Below, piece after piece: positions 35,700 to 45,009 of a stretch of 64,000 nucleotides of DNA; positions within the stretch are counted from its first letter, which is position 1, and every line of letters starts with the position of its first letter. The notes beneath the pieces are model-generated. The model was given only the letters and a program-made list of their open reading frames with translations, was not told where the DNA came from and searched no databases. Origin of the DNA: an uncultured Planctomycetia bacterium (GTDB lineage Bacteria; Omnitrophota; Gorgyraeia; Duberdicusellales; 4484-171); contig CAZVQU010000002.1 of assembly GCA_964629655.1 (NCBI GenBank), forward strand, positions 162,814-226,813, read 5' to 3'. The position numbers and the translations under genes are program-made.

Positions 35700-36467
35700 T
35701 TACTCCCCTTCTAATACTTCTATCTCGTAAGGACTATTAACAATAACCTCAGGTCCATTATACTCCTGAATCCTTCCGTTAACACGTATTTTCTTTCCAT
35801 TATAAAAATCTAAAGGGTTAATGCCTCTTCGGCTAAAGGCATTGAGGACATTATTAAAGATAACTACGCTAAAGTCTTTCTTGTAATCCTGGCCAAAATT
35901 TAAAAATACACACTTTGCTGATTTATAGCTACCGAGAACTACCCCCTCGACGCTCCTTATCTGATTAATATACTTATTGGCCTGGCTGTGGTTAATAACC
36001 GGAAAACTGCCCCATAAGCCATTTTTTGCCTCACGAGCTCTTTTTTGTGCGTCTATAAAAAGCTCAACATACTTTACATTCGGCGGATAAGTATAGAGAA
36101 CGGCATACCCTTGCTCTATTAACCTTGCATTTACAAAAGTCTCCTCGAGAAAGCAATAGCCTAAGAGCCGGCCATAACGATCGGTCTTCTCGATATCAAA
36201 TTCAATCCGGACGAGTTTTCCTTCTACCAACTTTCGGTTAAACTCTTTTGCTTCTAAGCTAAATGGTTGAGGCCGGTACTTAAAATCACCGGCTTTTTCT
36301 TTTATTCTTACCTCAGGAGTATCTAGGCCAATATAGCGCAAAAGCCTTCCGTTGGAAAGCTTAATAGTATCGCCATCGATAACCTCTAAGACTCTTATTT
36401 GAGAATAATTAGATTGGCTGCAGGAAAGGATTAAAAGAAGACTTAAAAGGAATAATCTCTTTATCAC
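35700..36467 (-). CDS. Thermonuclease (SNase/micrococcal nuclease-like) lipoprotein with C-terminal extra domain
   Basis: Lipobox ILSCS; SNase core VIDGDTIKL...LRYIGLDTPE...RYGRLLGY; 255 aa. Confidence 0.7.
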   Translation of the reverse strand: MIKRLFLLSLLLILSCSQSNYSQIRVLEVIDGDTIKLSNGRLLRYIGLDTPEVRIKEKAGDFKYRPQPFSLEAKEFNRKLVEGKLVRIEFDIEKTDRYGRLLGYCFLEETFVNARLIEQGYAVLYTYPPNVKYVELFIDAQKRAREAKNGLWGSFPVINHSQANKYINQIRSVEGVVLGSYKSAKCVFLNFGQDYKKDFSVVIFNNVLNAFSRRGINPLDFYNGKKIRVNGRIQEYNGPEVIVNSPYEIEVLEGE

Positions 36468-36835
36468 TTAAAATCAGAGAGTATCTTTAAGAATATTTTC
36501 TGGGCAAATTGTGCCTTTGGCATTAAAAGTTGACGTGCTGATACTTTCAACCTCTGGGTATTCGTACTAATACTGTCTATCTTCACAGCTATGTTATGCT
36601 CGGAGAGCTTAGCCTTTATCGCGCCTTTAGACTCATTGCTAACTACTATCTCAGCCTCCATCGCTTCCAGCTTATCCAGACAAAGATCCCATAATACCCG
36701 ATACTCTACGTTTACATTACCGGAAGCAGTAGCATTACTTAAACTATATCCGGTCACTACTCCGGCACCAATAAGAACCGGGATACATCCTGATATTAGT
36801 GCTAACCCTAAAATTAAACTAATTATCTTTTTCAT
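36464..36835 (-). CDS. Small lipoprotein, function unknown
   Basis: Signal peptide with lipobox LISGC; 123 aa. Confidence 0.5.
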   Translation of the reverse strand: MKKIISLILGLALISGCIPVLIGAGVVTGYSLSNATASGNVNVEYRVLWDLCLDKLEAMEAEIVVSNESKGAIKAKLSEHNIAVKIDSISTNTQRLKVSARQLLMPKAQFAQKIFLKILSDFK

Positions 36836-36912
36836 ATTATTAACTCCTTTATATTAACTATAGCAAAATTATATTATTTTGCAAGGGTTGGTTGATAAAA
36901 AAAACAACTAGG

Positions 36913-37527
36913 TTAACCAACCGAAATACCGAGATTCTTTAAATCCACCAACAGCTGTTTAAAGCTAGTAAATTGCAGACACTGTAAGTAAAAGTCCTTG
37001 GCTTTTGTAATCAAATCTTCGCGGTCATCAATATAAATTATATCTTCAAAATCTACCCCGGCTGTATCTTTTAAGACCTGGTAGATTGCCTTTTCAGGCT
37101 TAACTGACTTAACTTTGAAAGAGAGAATCAACTGGTTAAAAAGGGAAAAAATTCCCCGGTGCTCTTTGAAAAGATGTTCAAAATGGAGCTCATTTATATT
37201 AGAAATAAGATACAAAGGATATCTTCCTTTGAGATATCTTACTAAGTCTATCACATCTTTTTTAGGTGAGAATATCTTACACCAAGCATCAACAAAACAA
37301 TCATAGCTTAAAGTCGCTTTGAAGGTATTTTTAAAGTAAGAATAAAACTCACTAGGGCTAAGTTCTCCTTTCTCAAAACTTGTTCCAAAGTCATTCTCAA
37401 ACAATTCTTTAATCACCTCTTCGATTGGCACACCAATCTTATCTTTGATCCTCTCTAAAGCAATATTATAGTCAAAATCAAAGAGTACTCTTCCTAAATC
37501 AAATGCAATTACTTTTTTGCTTTCCAT
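36913..37527 (-). CDS. HAD-superfamily hydrolase
   Basis: N-terminal DxD motif (IAFDLGRVLFDFD), C-terminal YIDDRED; 204 aa. Confidence 0.65.
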   Translation of the reverse strand: MESKKVIAFDLGRVLFDFDYNIALERIKDKIGVPIEEVIKELFENDFGTSFEKGELSPSEFYSYFKNTFKATLSYDCFVDAWCKIFSPKKDVIDLVRYLKGRYPLYLISNINELHFEHLFKEHRGIFSLFNQLILSFKVKSVKPEKAIYQVLKDTAGVDFEDIIYIDDREDLITKAKDFYLQCLQFTSFKQLLVDLKNLGISVG

Positions 37528-38462
37528 AGACTTTTTCTCCCCAAAAAAGATTGAGCGCTCTTAGTGAGGCTTTCTCTGGCCTTAAAAGGTGTTTTAAACC
37601 CTAATGATCTTATTCTCTCTAAGCTATAAACTCTATCCTTAGAGAAGAAACCTATTTTTCTACCGATAAAAGGCAGCCTTATCACTACTGGCTTCAACCA
37701 AGCTGAAAGATTAGGCAGTGGCTTTACCTTTAGGGCTTTGGCGAAAGTATCAAATACCTCTCTTACCGTGAGGACCTCTTCATCACCAAGGAAAAAAGAA
37801 CCTTCCAAAGCCTCTTGCTTATCCAACAAAAAAATCATCGCCTCAGCAATATTCTTCACATAGCCAAGATGAAACTTAGCCTTTCCCTTATCAATTAGAG
37901 GAAAAAGCCTATACTTAGTAAGAAAAAGCAAAACTTTCAGCATGTGAGGCTCATCTTCTCCATAAACCATGGGAGGACGGACAATCACTATATTCAAACC
38001 CTTTTCTCTATAGTTAAGAATTACTTTTTCAGCCTCAATCTTAGACTCGCCATAGATATTAGTAGCTTTAAATGGTAGCTCTTCAGTAAGAGGTACTTGG
38101 TGATTTCCACTTACAACAGATACTGAACTAGTATAAACCATCTTTTTCACTCCTAAAGATAGGGCCAGTTCGCAGATGTTCTCGCTACCTAACACGTTGG
38201 TTCTATGAAGAAGGTTAGGATTTTTATTCTCTACATAGGCAGCATTATGAAATATAACGTCGATCTTATAATTGAGGAGTTTACTCAAAGAAGCCTTATC
38301 AGTAATGTCACCATAGATAAGTTTTGCTCCGTAAGGTTCTAAAGCTTTTGCTTTGGCCGGATTTCTTACAAAGCAAAAAAGAGCATGCCCGCCTTTATTA
38401 AAAAGGCCTTCCACTAAACTCTTGCCGATAAACCCAGTGGCTCCGGTTATAAGTATATTCAT
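37509..38462 (-). CDS. NAD-dependent epimerase/dehydratase (extended SDR)
   Basis: ILITGATGFIGKSLVEGL Rossmann motif, YGESK catalytic motif; 317 aa. Confidence 0.75.
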   Translation of the reverse strand: MNILITGATGFIGKSLVEGLFNKGGHALFCFVRNPAKAKALEPYGAKLIYGDITDKASLSKLLNYKIDVIFHNAAYVENKNPNLLHRTNVLGSENICELALSLGVKKMVYTSSVSVVSGNHQVPLTEELPFKATNIYGESKIEAEKVILNYREKGLNIVIVRPPMVYGEDEPHMLKVLLFLTKYRLFPLIDKGKAKFHLGYVKNIAEAMIFLLDKQEALEGSFFLGDEEVLTVREVFDTFAKALKVKPLPNLSAWLKPVVIRLPFIGRKIGFFSKDRVYSLERIRSLGFKTPFKARESLTKSAQSFLGRKSLWKAKK

Positions 38463-39439
38463 ACCTTCTCTTTGACCTTCTCAATCTCGCTGAGCCTCTC
38501 GGCTAAAATACCTTCTATTGTTCTTAAGTCTTCTTCACTAATCTTCCAGCCGACACTACCTAAGTTATCATATAGCTGAGCAAGCTTTCTGGTCCCGGCA
38601 ATAGCCGAGGCTATTCCCTTCTGGTTATAGTTCCAATTTAATACCAATTGAGCTAAAGTTTTCCCTTGACTGTCAGCTAAATTTTTTAGCTTAAGGAGAG
38701 TTGTTTTGTTTATTGAGAAGCAGGGTTCTTCTAATTCCTGCCTTTTCATCTTGCGATTAATATCACTGGGGACCTTTGCACCATCTAAGAAGAACTTTCC
38801 GGTTAATAAACCACTATATAAAGGAGCGTAGGTGACGATGCTAATAGAGTTCTCAAGGCAAAAGGGCACAATACTCTCTTCAATCCCCCGGTCAAACATG
38901 CTATAGGGAGGTTGTAAGCTATGGATCGGCGAATGCTTTTTAAACTCATCCATCTGGGCCACAGAGTAATTGCTGACTCCGATAGCTTTAATAACACCCT
39001 CTTGGTAAAACTTATGCATTATCTCAGCAACCTGCCCGATCGGCGTATCAGGATCGTGCCAATGTACTTGATAAAGATCAAAATAATCTGTCTTAAGGCG
39101 TCTACGCGAGGCATCAATTTCGTCAAACATCCTCTTTCTCGATAAATCATGGAAAATACTTCTCCCATCCCAGCGCAAGCCTAATTTTGTGGCTAAAATT
39201 ACTTTCTCTCTTATATTTTCCGTAGCAATAAATGTTCCGATAACCTCTTCGGAGTGCCCGCGTCCATAGATCGGAGCAGTATCAATAAAGTTAACTCCTC
39301 TAGCTATTGACTCTTCTAACACTGCCAGGGAATCCTTATCCTCTTGATGACCCCACCACTTATCATCGCCAAAAGCCCAAGTGCCTAAACAAATTGATGA
39401 AACCTCTAGTGAAGAACTTCCTAGTTTTCTATATTCCAT
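38459..39439 (-). CDS. Aldo/keto reductase
   Basis: LGTWAFGD...FIDTAPIYGRGHSEEVIG AKR signature; 326 aa. Confidence 0.8.
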   Translation of the reverse strand: MEYRKLGSSSLEVSSICLGTWAFGDDKWWGHQEDKDSLAVLEESIARGVNFIDTAPIYGRGHSEEVIGTFIATENIREKVILATKLGLRWDGRSIFHDLSRKRMFDEIDASRRRLKTDYFDLYQVHWHDPDTPIGQVAEIMHKFYQEGVIKAIGVSNYSVAQMDEFKKHSPIHSLQPPYSMFDRGIEESIVPFCLENSISIVTYAPLYSGLLTGKFFLDGAKVPSDINRKMKRQELEEPCFSINKTTLLKLKNLADSQGKTLAQLVLNWNYNQKGIASAIAGTRKLAQLYDNLGSVGWKISEEDLRTIEGILAERLSEIEKVKEKV

Positions 39440-39453
39440 ATATTCGACTCCCT

Positions 39454-40950
39454 TTAAAAATAAAGATCTCTCTGGCCACCCTTAATTCTCTGATAATATT
39501 CTATAACCTTAGGATAAGTCCTTGGCATAAGAGTTTTGATCTCTGCTAACTCCTTGCGAATAATTTCCTCACCATCTTTTCTAGTTTCGCCAGTAGCAAA
39601 ATCATCTAACCACTCCCTAAAGGTAAGCACAGCATTTAATTTGCAAAGTTTACCCTCCTCTCCGGTCCTTAAAAGTTCCATAATGCACTTGCCGGTTCTT
39701 CCGCAACGATAACCGGCAGTACAAAAAGAAGTGATATGGCCGGCATAAGAGAGTTCCCTTACTACCTCATCCAAGCTCCTGGTATCTCCTAAAAAGAATT
39801 GTTGCCTTTGACCTTCTTGTTCCCTATAGCGGTCACTATAGGCGCCGATACCAATACGTGTAGAGGCATCAGTCTGGGTACAGCCTAAAGGAATAGATTC
39901 TCTTCGCATCTGGGCATTTTCCCGGGCGGTAATAATCATTCCGGCATGAGGAACAGCTAATCTTATAATCGTAATCAGTTTTTTAAAATCCTGATCACTT
40001 ACTTTATAACGAGACTCTTGGGTAAAAGGTGTATTAGCTGCCGGCTCAAGACGCGGAAAAGAAATTGTATGTGGCCCAACACCAAATCTTGCTTCTAGTT
40101 CCCGTGAGTGCAGAAGAAGACTTAAAACTTCAGACTTCCAGTCATATAAACCAAAAAGAACGCCAATGCCAACATCGTCGATACCAGCTTCAAATGCCCG
40201 ATGCATACAATATAATCGCCACTGATAATCAGCTTTTAGAGTTCCTTTGGGATGAAGAGCCTGATAAGTATCGGGATGGTAGGTCTCTTGGAATACCTGA
40301 TAGGTTCCTATTCCGCTGTTTTTCAAAATTTTAAGGTCCTCAATAGATAAAGGCGCAGCATTGACATTAACTCTACGGATCTGACCATAGCCTCTCCTAG
40401 TCTTTGTTTTAACTCCATAGATTGTTTTTATGGTTGAGTTCATATAATCTATATCAGTCTGAGGATGTTCTCCGTAGACTACTACCAAGCGTTTATGTCC
40501 AATCTCACCAGCTAAAACCTCAGTCTCACTCTTGACCTCATTTAAACCAAGCATTCTCCTATGAACATTAAAATTATCTTTTCTAAACCCACAATAAAGA
40601 CAATTATTCACACAAAGATTACTCATATACAAAGGAGCAAAGGTAACTATTCTGTTATCATAAACCTTCTTCTTAACCTCTCCAGCAACCTCAGCCATTC
40701 TTGCCAGCGAATCTCTATCCTCAACACTTAATAATAGCGCTGTTTCTTCAAGCCCTAAGGTCTCAATAGCTAGAGACTTATCAAGAATATCTTTAATTTG
40801 TGCCTTAGATGGTTTAAAATTAACAGCTAAAGCTCTCTCGATTGCTTCTTGATCAATAAAAAGCCTACCCTTATCTAGGTATTTTTCTACCTGCTCTTCT
40901 TTAATCTGGCTCTTTACCCAAGAATCTGGTGAACTTGTCTTTGTAGACAT
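39454..40950 (-). CDS. Radical SAM enzyme of the ThiH/HydG (tyrosine-lyase) family, HydG-like with C-terminal Cys-containing extension
   Basis: LGLEETALLLSVED...YDNRIVTFAPLYMSNLCVNNCLYCGFR (CX3CX2C after a HydG-type ~100-aa N-terminal domain); 498 aa, longer than ThiH; C-terminal FCTAGYRCGRTGKC...LC...LNAVLTF Cys cluster. Confidence 0.6.
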   Translation of the reverse strand: MSTKTSSPDSWVKSQIKEEQVEKYLDKGRLFIDQEAIERALAVNFKPSKAQIKDILDKSLAIETLGLEETALLLSVEDRDSLARMAEVAGEVKKKVYDNRIVTFAPLYMSNLCVNNCLYCGFRKDNFNVHRRMLGLNEVKSETEVLAGEIGHKRLVVVYGEHPQTDIDYMNSTIKTIYGVKTKTRRGYGQIRRVNVNAAPLSIEDLKILKNSGIGTYQVFQETYHPDTYQALHPKGTLKADYQWRLYCMHRAFEAGIDDVGIGVLFGLYDWKSEVLSLLLHSRELEARFGVGPHTISFPRLEPAANTPFTQESRYKVSDQDFKKLITIIRLAVPHAGMIITARENAQMRRESIPLGCTQTDASTRIGIGAYSDRYREQEGQRQQFFLGDTRSLDEVVRELSYAGHITSFCTAGYRCGRTGKCIMELLRTGEEGKLCKLNAVLTFREWLDDFATGETRKDGEEIIRKELAEIKTLMPRTYPKVIEYYQRIKGGQRDLYF

Positions 40951-40953
40951 ATT

Positions 40954-41607
40954 TTATCCTGCTTTGCCCTGTCTTCGTTTAGTAAGAAATATTAAACTCT
41001 CCAACTCAGAAGCCATATCAACATTAGACACTGATACGGCTTGAGGCACCTTTAGCACTATCGGTGCAAAATTTAAAATGCCCTTTATGCCTGAAGAAGC
41101 TAATTCATCAGCAACTCCTTGGGCAGCTTCCGGAGGCGTAGAGATTATTGCAACCTTGATGTTATTCTGCTTGACAATATCCTTTATCTCTTTTATGTGA
41201 TTAATCTTTACCCCTTTTCGGGCCTTACCTATCTTATCTTTGTCAATGTCAAAAGCAAAAGTTATTTTAATGTTGAATTTAGAGAATCCTTCGAAACCTA
41301 AGAGCGCCATACCTAACTTCCCTACGCCGACTATGGCAATCGCCCGCTCTTTGTTTATTCCTAATATATTTTCTATCTCTTCAGTTAACCTGACAACATT
41401 ATAACCAACTCCTCTCTTGCCAAACCCGCCAAAGAAGGAGAGATCTTTTCTAAATTGTGCCGGAGTAACATTAAGGAACTTTGTCAGTTTATTTGAAGAA
41501 ATAATATCTATGCCCTGCTCTTTCAATCTCTTTAAATTCCGCAAATAGAGGCTGAGACGCTTAATCGTCTCCAAAGAAAAGCCATTCTTGTTATTTCTTC
41601 TTTCCAT
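40954..41607 (-). CDS. rex: Redox-sensing transcriptional repressor Rex
   Basis: Winged-helix N-terminus (TIKRLSLYLRNLKRL) plus Rossmann NADH-binding domain (IAIVGVGKLGMALL); 217 aa. Confidence 0.85.
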   Translation of the reverse strand: MERRNNKNGFSLETIKRLSLYLRNLKRLKEQGIDIISSNKLTKFLNVTPAQFRKDLSFFGGFGKRGVGYNVVRLTEEIENILGINKERAIAIVGVGKLGMALLGFEGFSKFNIKITFAFDIDKDKIGKARKGVKINHIKEIKDIVKQNNIKVAIISTPPEAAQGVADELASSGIKGILNFAPIVLKVPQAVSVSNVDMASELESLIFLTKRRQGKAG

Positions 41608-41610
41608 AAC

Positions 41611-42918
41611 CTAATTAACCTCGCTTACACCTAAATCAGTAGGAGCCCGGCCTAAAGATTTAAGTAAAGCTATAGTCTGATCAATTTGCCTATCTATTAA
41701 CTCCTTATCATAAGCCCTATTAGGATAAATTTCATACAGTTTTCGATACTTAACTGGTGTAACGTTAAGCATCAAAGAATTAGCACCCGAAAGTAACCCC
41801 TGCTTGCGCGTAGCCGGCGCATAAGTTTCTAAGGCTGTGGTTACTAGAATTTTGGCTCGCTGGGGATCGATCAGGCGGGCCAAAGCTAAGGCCTTTAAAA
41901 CCAGCTCCTCTGTAGGGCTTTTGAGATCTCCCAAAGCTGTCTCAGGGTGTGGTAGAAATGGTCCAAAAGAGTACATTTCAGCGCTTAATTCTCTAGCCAG
42001 ATGAATATCATTTATAACATCCTGGTTAGTCTGTCCGGGTAGACCAACAAGCGCACCGGTCATGATTAAATAACCCAATAAGTGAGCCTTCCTGATATGC
42101 TCTAATCTGGTTTCCAGTTTCCTCCCGGGATGAAGCCGAGCATAGATATCTGGATTGGAACTCTCAAAACGCATAAGCAGGGCTCTGGCTCCGGCAAGAT
42201 AGAGCTCCTCTAAAGCCTCTAATCCTACTTCACCAAAACTGATACAAATTAATACCGGAACCTTTTCTTTAATTTTCTTTATGGTTATAGCTAGCTTCTC
42301 AACGCTATATCCGGGATCTTCTCCACTCTGTAAGAGGAGAGCCTGAAAACCATATTTCTCTACCGCTTCAACGGCAGTTTCGATAATCTCCTCCTGAGTC
42401 ATCCGGTAACGAGGCAGATCTTTATTGTGGGTTGATATCCCACAATAAGCACACTGCTGCTGACAATGATTTGAAATTTCAATTATTCCGTGGATACAGC
42501 AGGAATTTTTATGGTATTTTTGGCGTAAGAAATTTGCCGATTTATAAAGAAGCTGGCAAGACTGTTGATCGTCTAAGTCAAGCAAATACAATAATTCGTC
42601 TTTCTTTAAGGGAATATTCTCTAGGGCCTTATCTAAAATGAGATGTAGTTTCTTGTCGCTACCCTCTCCTGAGTCCAGCCGGGAGAGACGTAAATCAACA
42701 TCTTGAAGCTCGAAGAATAATTCCTGCCAGGCTGATAAGGTCTCTTTAGCTTCATCTTCTTTAACTTTTTTTATTACAAACCCGCCTTGAGCACAGATAT
42801 AGTCTCCAACGGCAATATCATAAAACTCATTAATTGCTCTTTTCTCTTCACCGAAGTAGTCTACTAAAACCTGTTTTCCCCAAATCTTTTTTACTTTTCC
42901 GGGAATCGCGTAACACAT
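41611..42918 (-). CDS. Fusion protein: HypC/HupF-family domain (N-terminal ~75 aa) + HydE/BioB-like radical SAM enzyme
   Basis: N-terminus MCYAIPGKVKKIWGKQVLVDYFGEEKRAINEFYDIAVGDYICAQGGFVIKKVKEDEAKETL aligns with HypC (MC-x-x-VPG...VGDWVLVHVGFA...EAxxTL). Downstream, HGIIEISNHCQQQCAYCGI (CX3CX2C) and the LLQSGEDP, MRFESSNP, GLPGQT motifs are typical of HydE/biotin-synthase-like enzymes; 435 aa. Confidence 0.7.
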   Translation of the reverse strand: MCYAIPGKVKKIWGKQVLVDYFGEEKRAINEFYDIAVGDYICAQGGFVIKKVKEDEAKETLSAWQELFFELQDVDLRLSRLDSGEGSDKKLHLILDKALENIPLKKDELLYLLDLDDQQSCQLLYKSANFLRQKYHKNSCCIHGIIEISNHCQQQCAYCGISTHNKDLPRYRMTQEEIIETAVEAVEKYGFQALLLQSGEDPGYSVEKLAITIKKIKEKVPVLICISFGEVGLEALEELYLAGARALLMRFESSNPDIYARLHPGRKLETRLEHIRKAHLLGYLIMTGALVGLPGQTNQDVINDIHLARELSAEMYSFGPFLPHPETALGDLKSPTEELVLKALALARLIDPQRAKILVTTALETYAPATRKQGLLSGANSLMLNVTPVKYRKLYEIYPNRAYDKELIDRQIDQTIALLKSLGRAPTDLGVSEVN

Positions 42919-42956
42919 AATAAAACTTAAACCTATTAAAGTTAGTTGAATTATCC

Positions 42957-43199
42957 CTATTCACAATCAAAGGAAACAACTTCTATGCGCGTGCTGGGGA
43001 AAAAAATAATCTCTAAGCTAGCACCTTCAAGTATAGTCCCCTTAGCCAAAAGGTTAAAAGTCTCCCTAAACGACTCTTCTTTAACGCCGGTAAGCTCTCC
43101 GATCTTTAACCTTAACTTAGTTATATTCTTTGCCCCTTCTTCTTCGGCATGCTTAACTATGCCTTTAATTACTGGTTCTATTAAGTGAGTCTCATGCAT
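42957..43199 (-). CDS. HypA-like nickel-insertion protein, truncated (Ni-binding N-domain only, zinc finger missing)
   Basis: MHETHLIEPVIKGIVKHAEEEGAKNITKLRLKIGELTGV... aligns with HypA (MHE Ni-binding motif) but ends after 80 aa with a single Cys; no CxxC...CxxC. Confidence 0.6.
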   Translation of the reverse strand: MHETHLIEPVIKGIVKHAEEEGAKNITKLRLKIGELTGVKEESFRETFNLLAKGTILEGASLEIIFFPSTRIEVVSFDCE

Positions 43200-43653
43200 T
43201 GACTACCTCCAAAATATTTCCTGACACCTCATCTAATACCGCTTTAAGCTCCTCTGACATCTCTGAACCTAGTTCAATACTTTGAGGCTGAACCCCAAGC
43301 ATATAGATATTCGCCTCTGTCTCTTTGGTTAAATAATCCATAAACATTACCGGAGAGACATCGTGAGTAGTAAATCCACACCTTGCTATATCTTCTCCCT
43401 TTAAAATCTCGCATTCACCAGGATTCTTGCCTAGATGAACAGCATCAACAATTAAAACCGTATCGGGGTTTTCTTTGGCGATTTTACCCAGATAATTCTC
43501 AGGAGCAGTCCCGCCGTCTAAACAGATAACCTTAGCCTCATTCTTTATCTTTTCAACTAGTAAAGGTCCGAAGCCATCATCCCCGCGGATAATGTTTCCA
43601 ATACCAATAATAATAACCTTTCCCTTGATAATATCTTTCAAATTAGTTTGCAT
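43192..43653 (-). CDS. Hydrogenase maturation endopeptidase (HycI/HyaD family)
   Basis: IIGIGNIIRGDDGFGPLLVEKI...LDGGTAPEN...VLIVDAVHLG; 153 aa. Confidence 0.8.
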   Translation of the reverse strand: MQTNLKDIIKGKVIIIGIGNIIRGDDGFGPLLVEKIKNEAKVICLDGGTAPENYLGKIAKENPDTVLIVDAVHLGKNPGECEILKGEDIARCGFTTHDVSPVMFMDYLTKETEANIYMLGVQPQSIELGSEMSEELKAVLDEVSGNILEVVNA

Positions 43654-43666
43654 TGTAATTACGCGG

Positions 43667-44272
43667 TCAGGTAGTTTCCCTTCTGCAGCTAGCGCAAAGA
43701 ATTTTTACTCGGTCGGAACGTCCTTGGTCAGCTAAGGCCGATATGATATTCTGATCTATAATGCCTAAGCGCTTGAGACGAGGAAGATATAGCGTTGGGC
43801 TGGAAAAACTAAGCTCTCCTATCCTTTTAACAATCCACTCTAGATGGTCACGGCAAGCAATAGCTTCGCCACAAATCTCACAGAGTTGCAACTCTTTCTC
43901 TATACGCTCGTCAGACTTACTGCGATCAAAAAAGGAAAGCTCCCAATCATTAGATAATTTAATACCCTGATTATCGGCAATACAGGCAGCCTCGCATTGA
44001 CCGCAGAATATACAGGTATCAGTATAGTGAATCATGACCCTTCGCGGATCACTCTTACCGTCAATAAGATCTAAACAATCAATCGCCTCTACCGGACAAA
44101 CCTCTTTACAAGCAGTACAGCCTACACACTTTTCCTCGTTAAACTTAGGCTGCCCTCTAAAATTAGGGTGAGGCTGGTGTGGCTGGATAGGAAACTTTGA
44201 AGTATAAGGCCCTTTTATAAGAGCTTTTATGGCTTCAATTAATTCTCTGATCTTTGGTAACCGTATTTGCAT
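43667..44272 (-). CDS. NuoI/MbhN-like 2x[4Fe-4S] ferredoxin subunit with Cys-rich C-terminal extension
   Basis: CVGCTACKEVCP and CIFCGQCEAACI motifs; extra CEICGEAIAC...CASC at the C-terminus; 201 aa. Confidence 0.7.
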   Translation of the reverse strand: MQIRLPKIRELIEAIKALIKGPYTSKFPIQPHQPHPNFRGQPKFNEEKCVGCTACKEVCPVEAIDCLDLIDGKSDPRRVMIHYTDTCIFCGQCEAACIADNQGIKLSNDWELSFFDRSKSDERIEKELQLCEICGEAIACRDHLEWIVKRIGELSFSSPTLYLPRLKRLGIIDQNIISALADQGRSDRVKILCASCRRETT

Positions 44273-44294
44273 CTTCTGACCTCAAACTCCTAAG

Positions 44295-44630
44295 CTAGAC
44301 TTCTCCCTCTTTATCTTCTAGATACTTATCGACAACGCTCTCTTTGCTAAGCTTCACCCCTGCCCTATGTGCACCTCTGGCTATAGCATGGGCAGCCACC
44401 GGAGAGGTTAATAACAAAAATATCATACATAAAAGTGCTTTCATTCCGGCAGCTGTAGGACCAACAACAATAAATGTCCCGAATAGAATACTGCAAGTGC
44501 CTAAAGTAACGCACTTTGTTGCAGCTTGGAGACGATTATATACATCAGGAAGACGTACCAGGCCTAAAACACCGAAAAGATTAAAAGCTAATCCTAAACC
44601 GATAAATGTCAAACCGATAATGCTACTCAT
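44295..44630 (-). CDS. Mrp/Mnh antiporter subunit G-like membrane protein (MbhC-like)
   Basis: 111 aa, 3 TM; LVRLPDVYNRLQAATK signature of MnhG/PhaG. Confidence 0.65.
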   Translation of the reverse strand: MSSIIGLTFIGLGLAFNLFGVLGLVRLPDVYNRLQAATKCVTLGTCSILFGTFIVVGPTAAGMKALLCMIFLLLTSPVAAHAIARGAHRAGVKLSKESVVDKYLEDKEGEV

Positions 44631-45009
44631 CGAACCCTCTTCCTTCTAAGTATTTAGAAAGCGCTAAAGTACTTATAAAACTCTGCAAGGCCCAGGCTAT
44701 TCCGATATCAATATACCAAGATCTCCCGGTAGAAATGGTCAGTATTGCGCACAAACCAGCAATCATAATACCCAAAATATCAATTGCCACTACACGGTCA
44801 GCACCAGTCGGCCCCTTGTAAATACGATAGAGACATAAAAAACAGGCTAGGATAAGTATGTAGCGGGCCCTTCCTACAAACCCGATGAAGGGAAGATCGG
44901 AACAAAAAAGAAAAGGAAGCGGCCGGATTATTATTAAACCTACGATCCCTCCCAAAACAATTGCGCCAATAAACCATTTAGTTCTTTTCATCTTAACCTC
45001 TCTAGTCAA
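44623..45009 (-). CDS. Mrp/Mnh antiporter subunit F-like membrane protein (MbhB-like)
   Basis: 128 aa, 3 TM, MrpF-like. Confidence 0.55.
   Translation of the reverse strand: MTREVKMKRTKWFIGAIVLGGIVGLIIIRPLPFLFCSDLPFIGFVGRARYILILACFLCLYRIYKGPTGADRVVAIDILGIMIAGLCAILTISTGRSWYIDIGIAWALQSFISTLALSKYLEGRGFDE

Noticed and set aside
42946-43188. Plus-strand 80-aa ORF
   Set aside because: It is the mirror of the minus-strand HypA-like gene, which has the family-specific MHE N-terminus. The plus-strand product has no motif.
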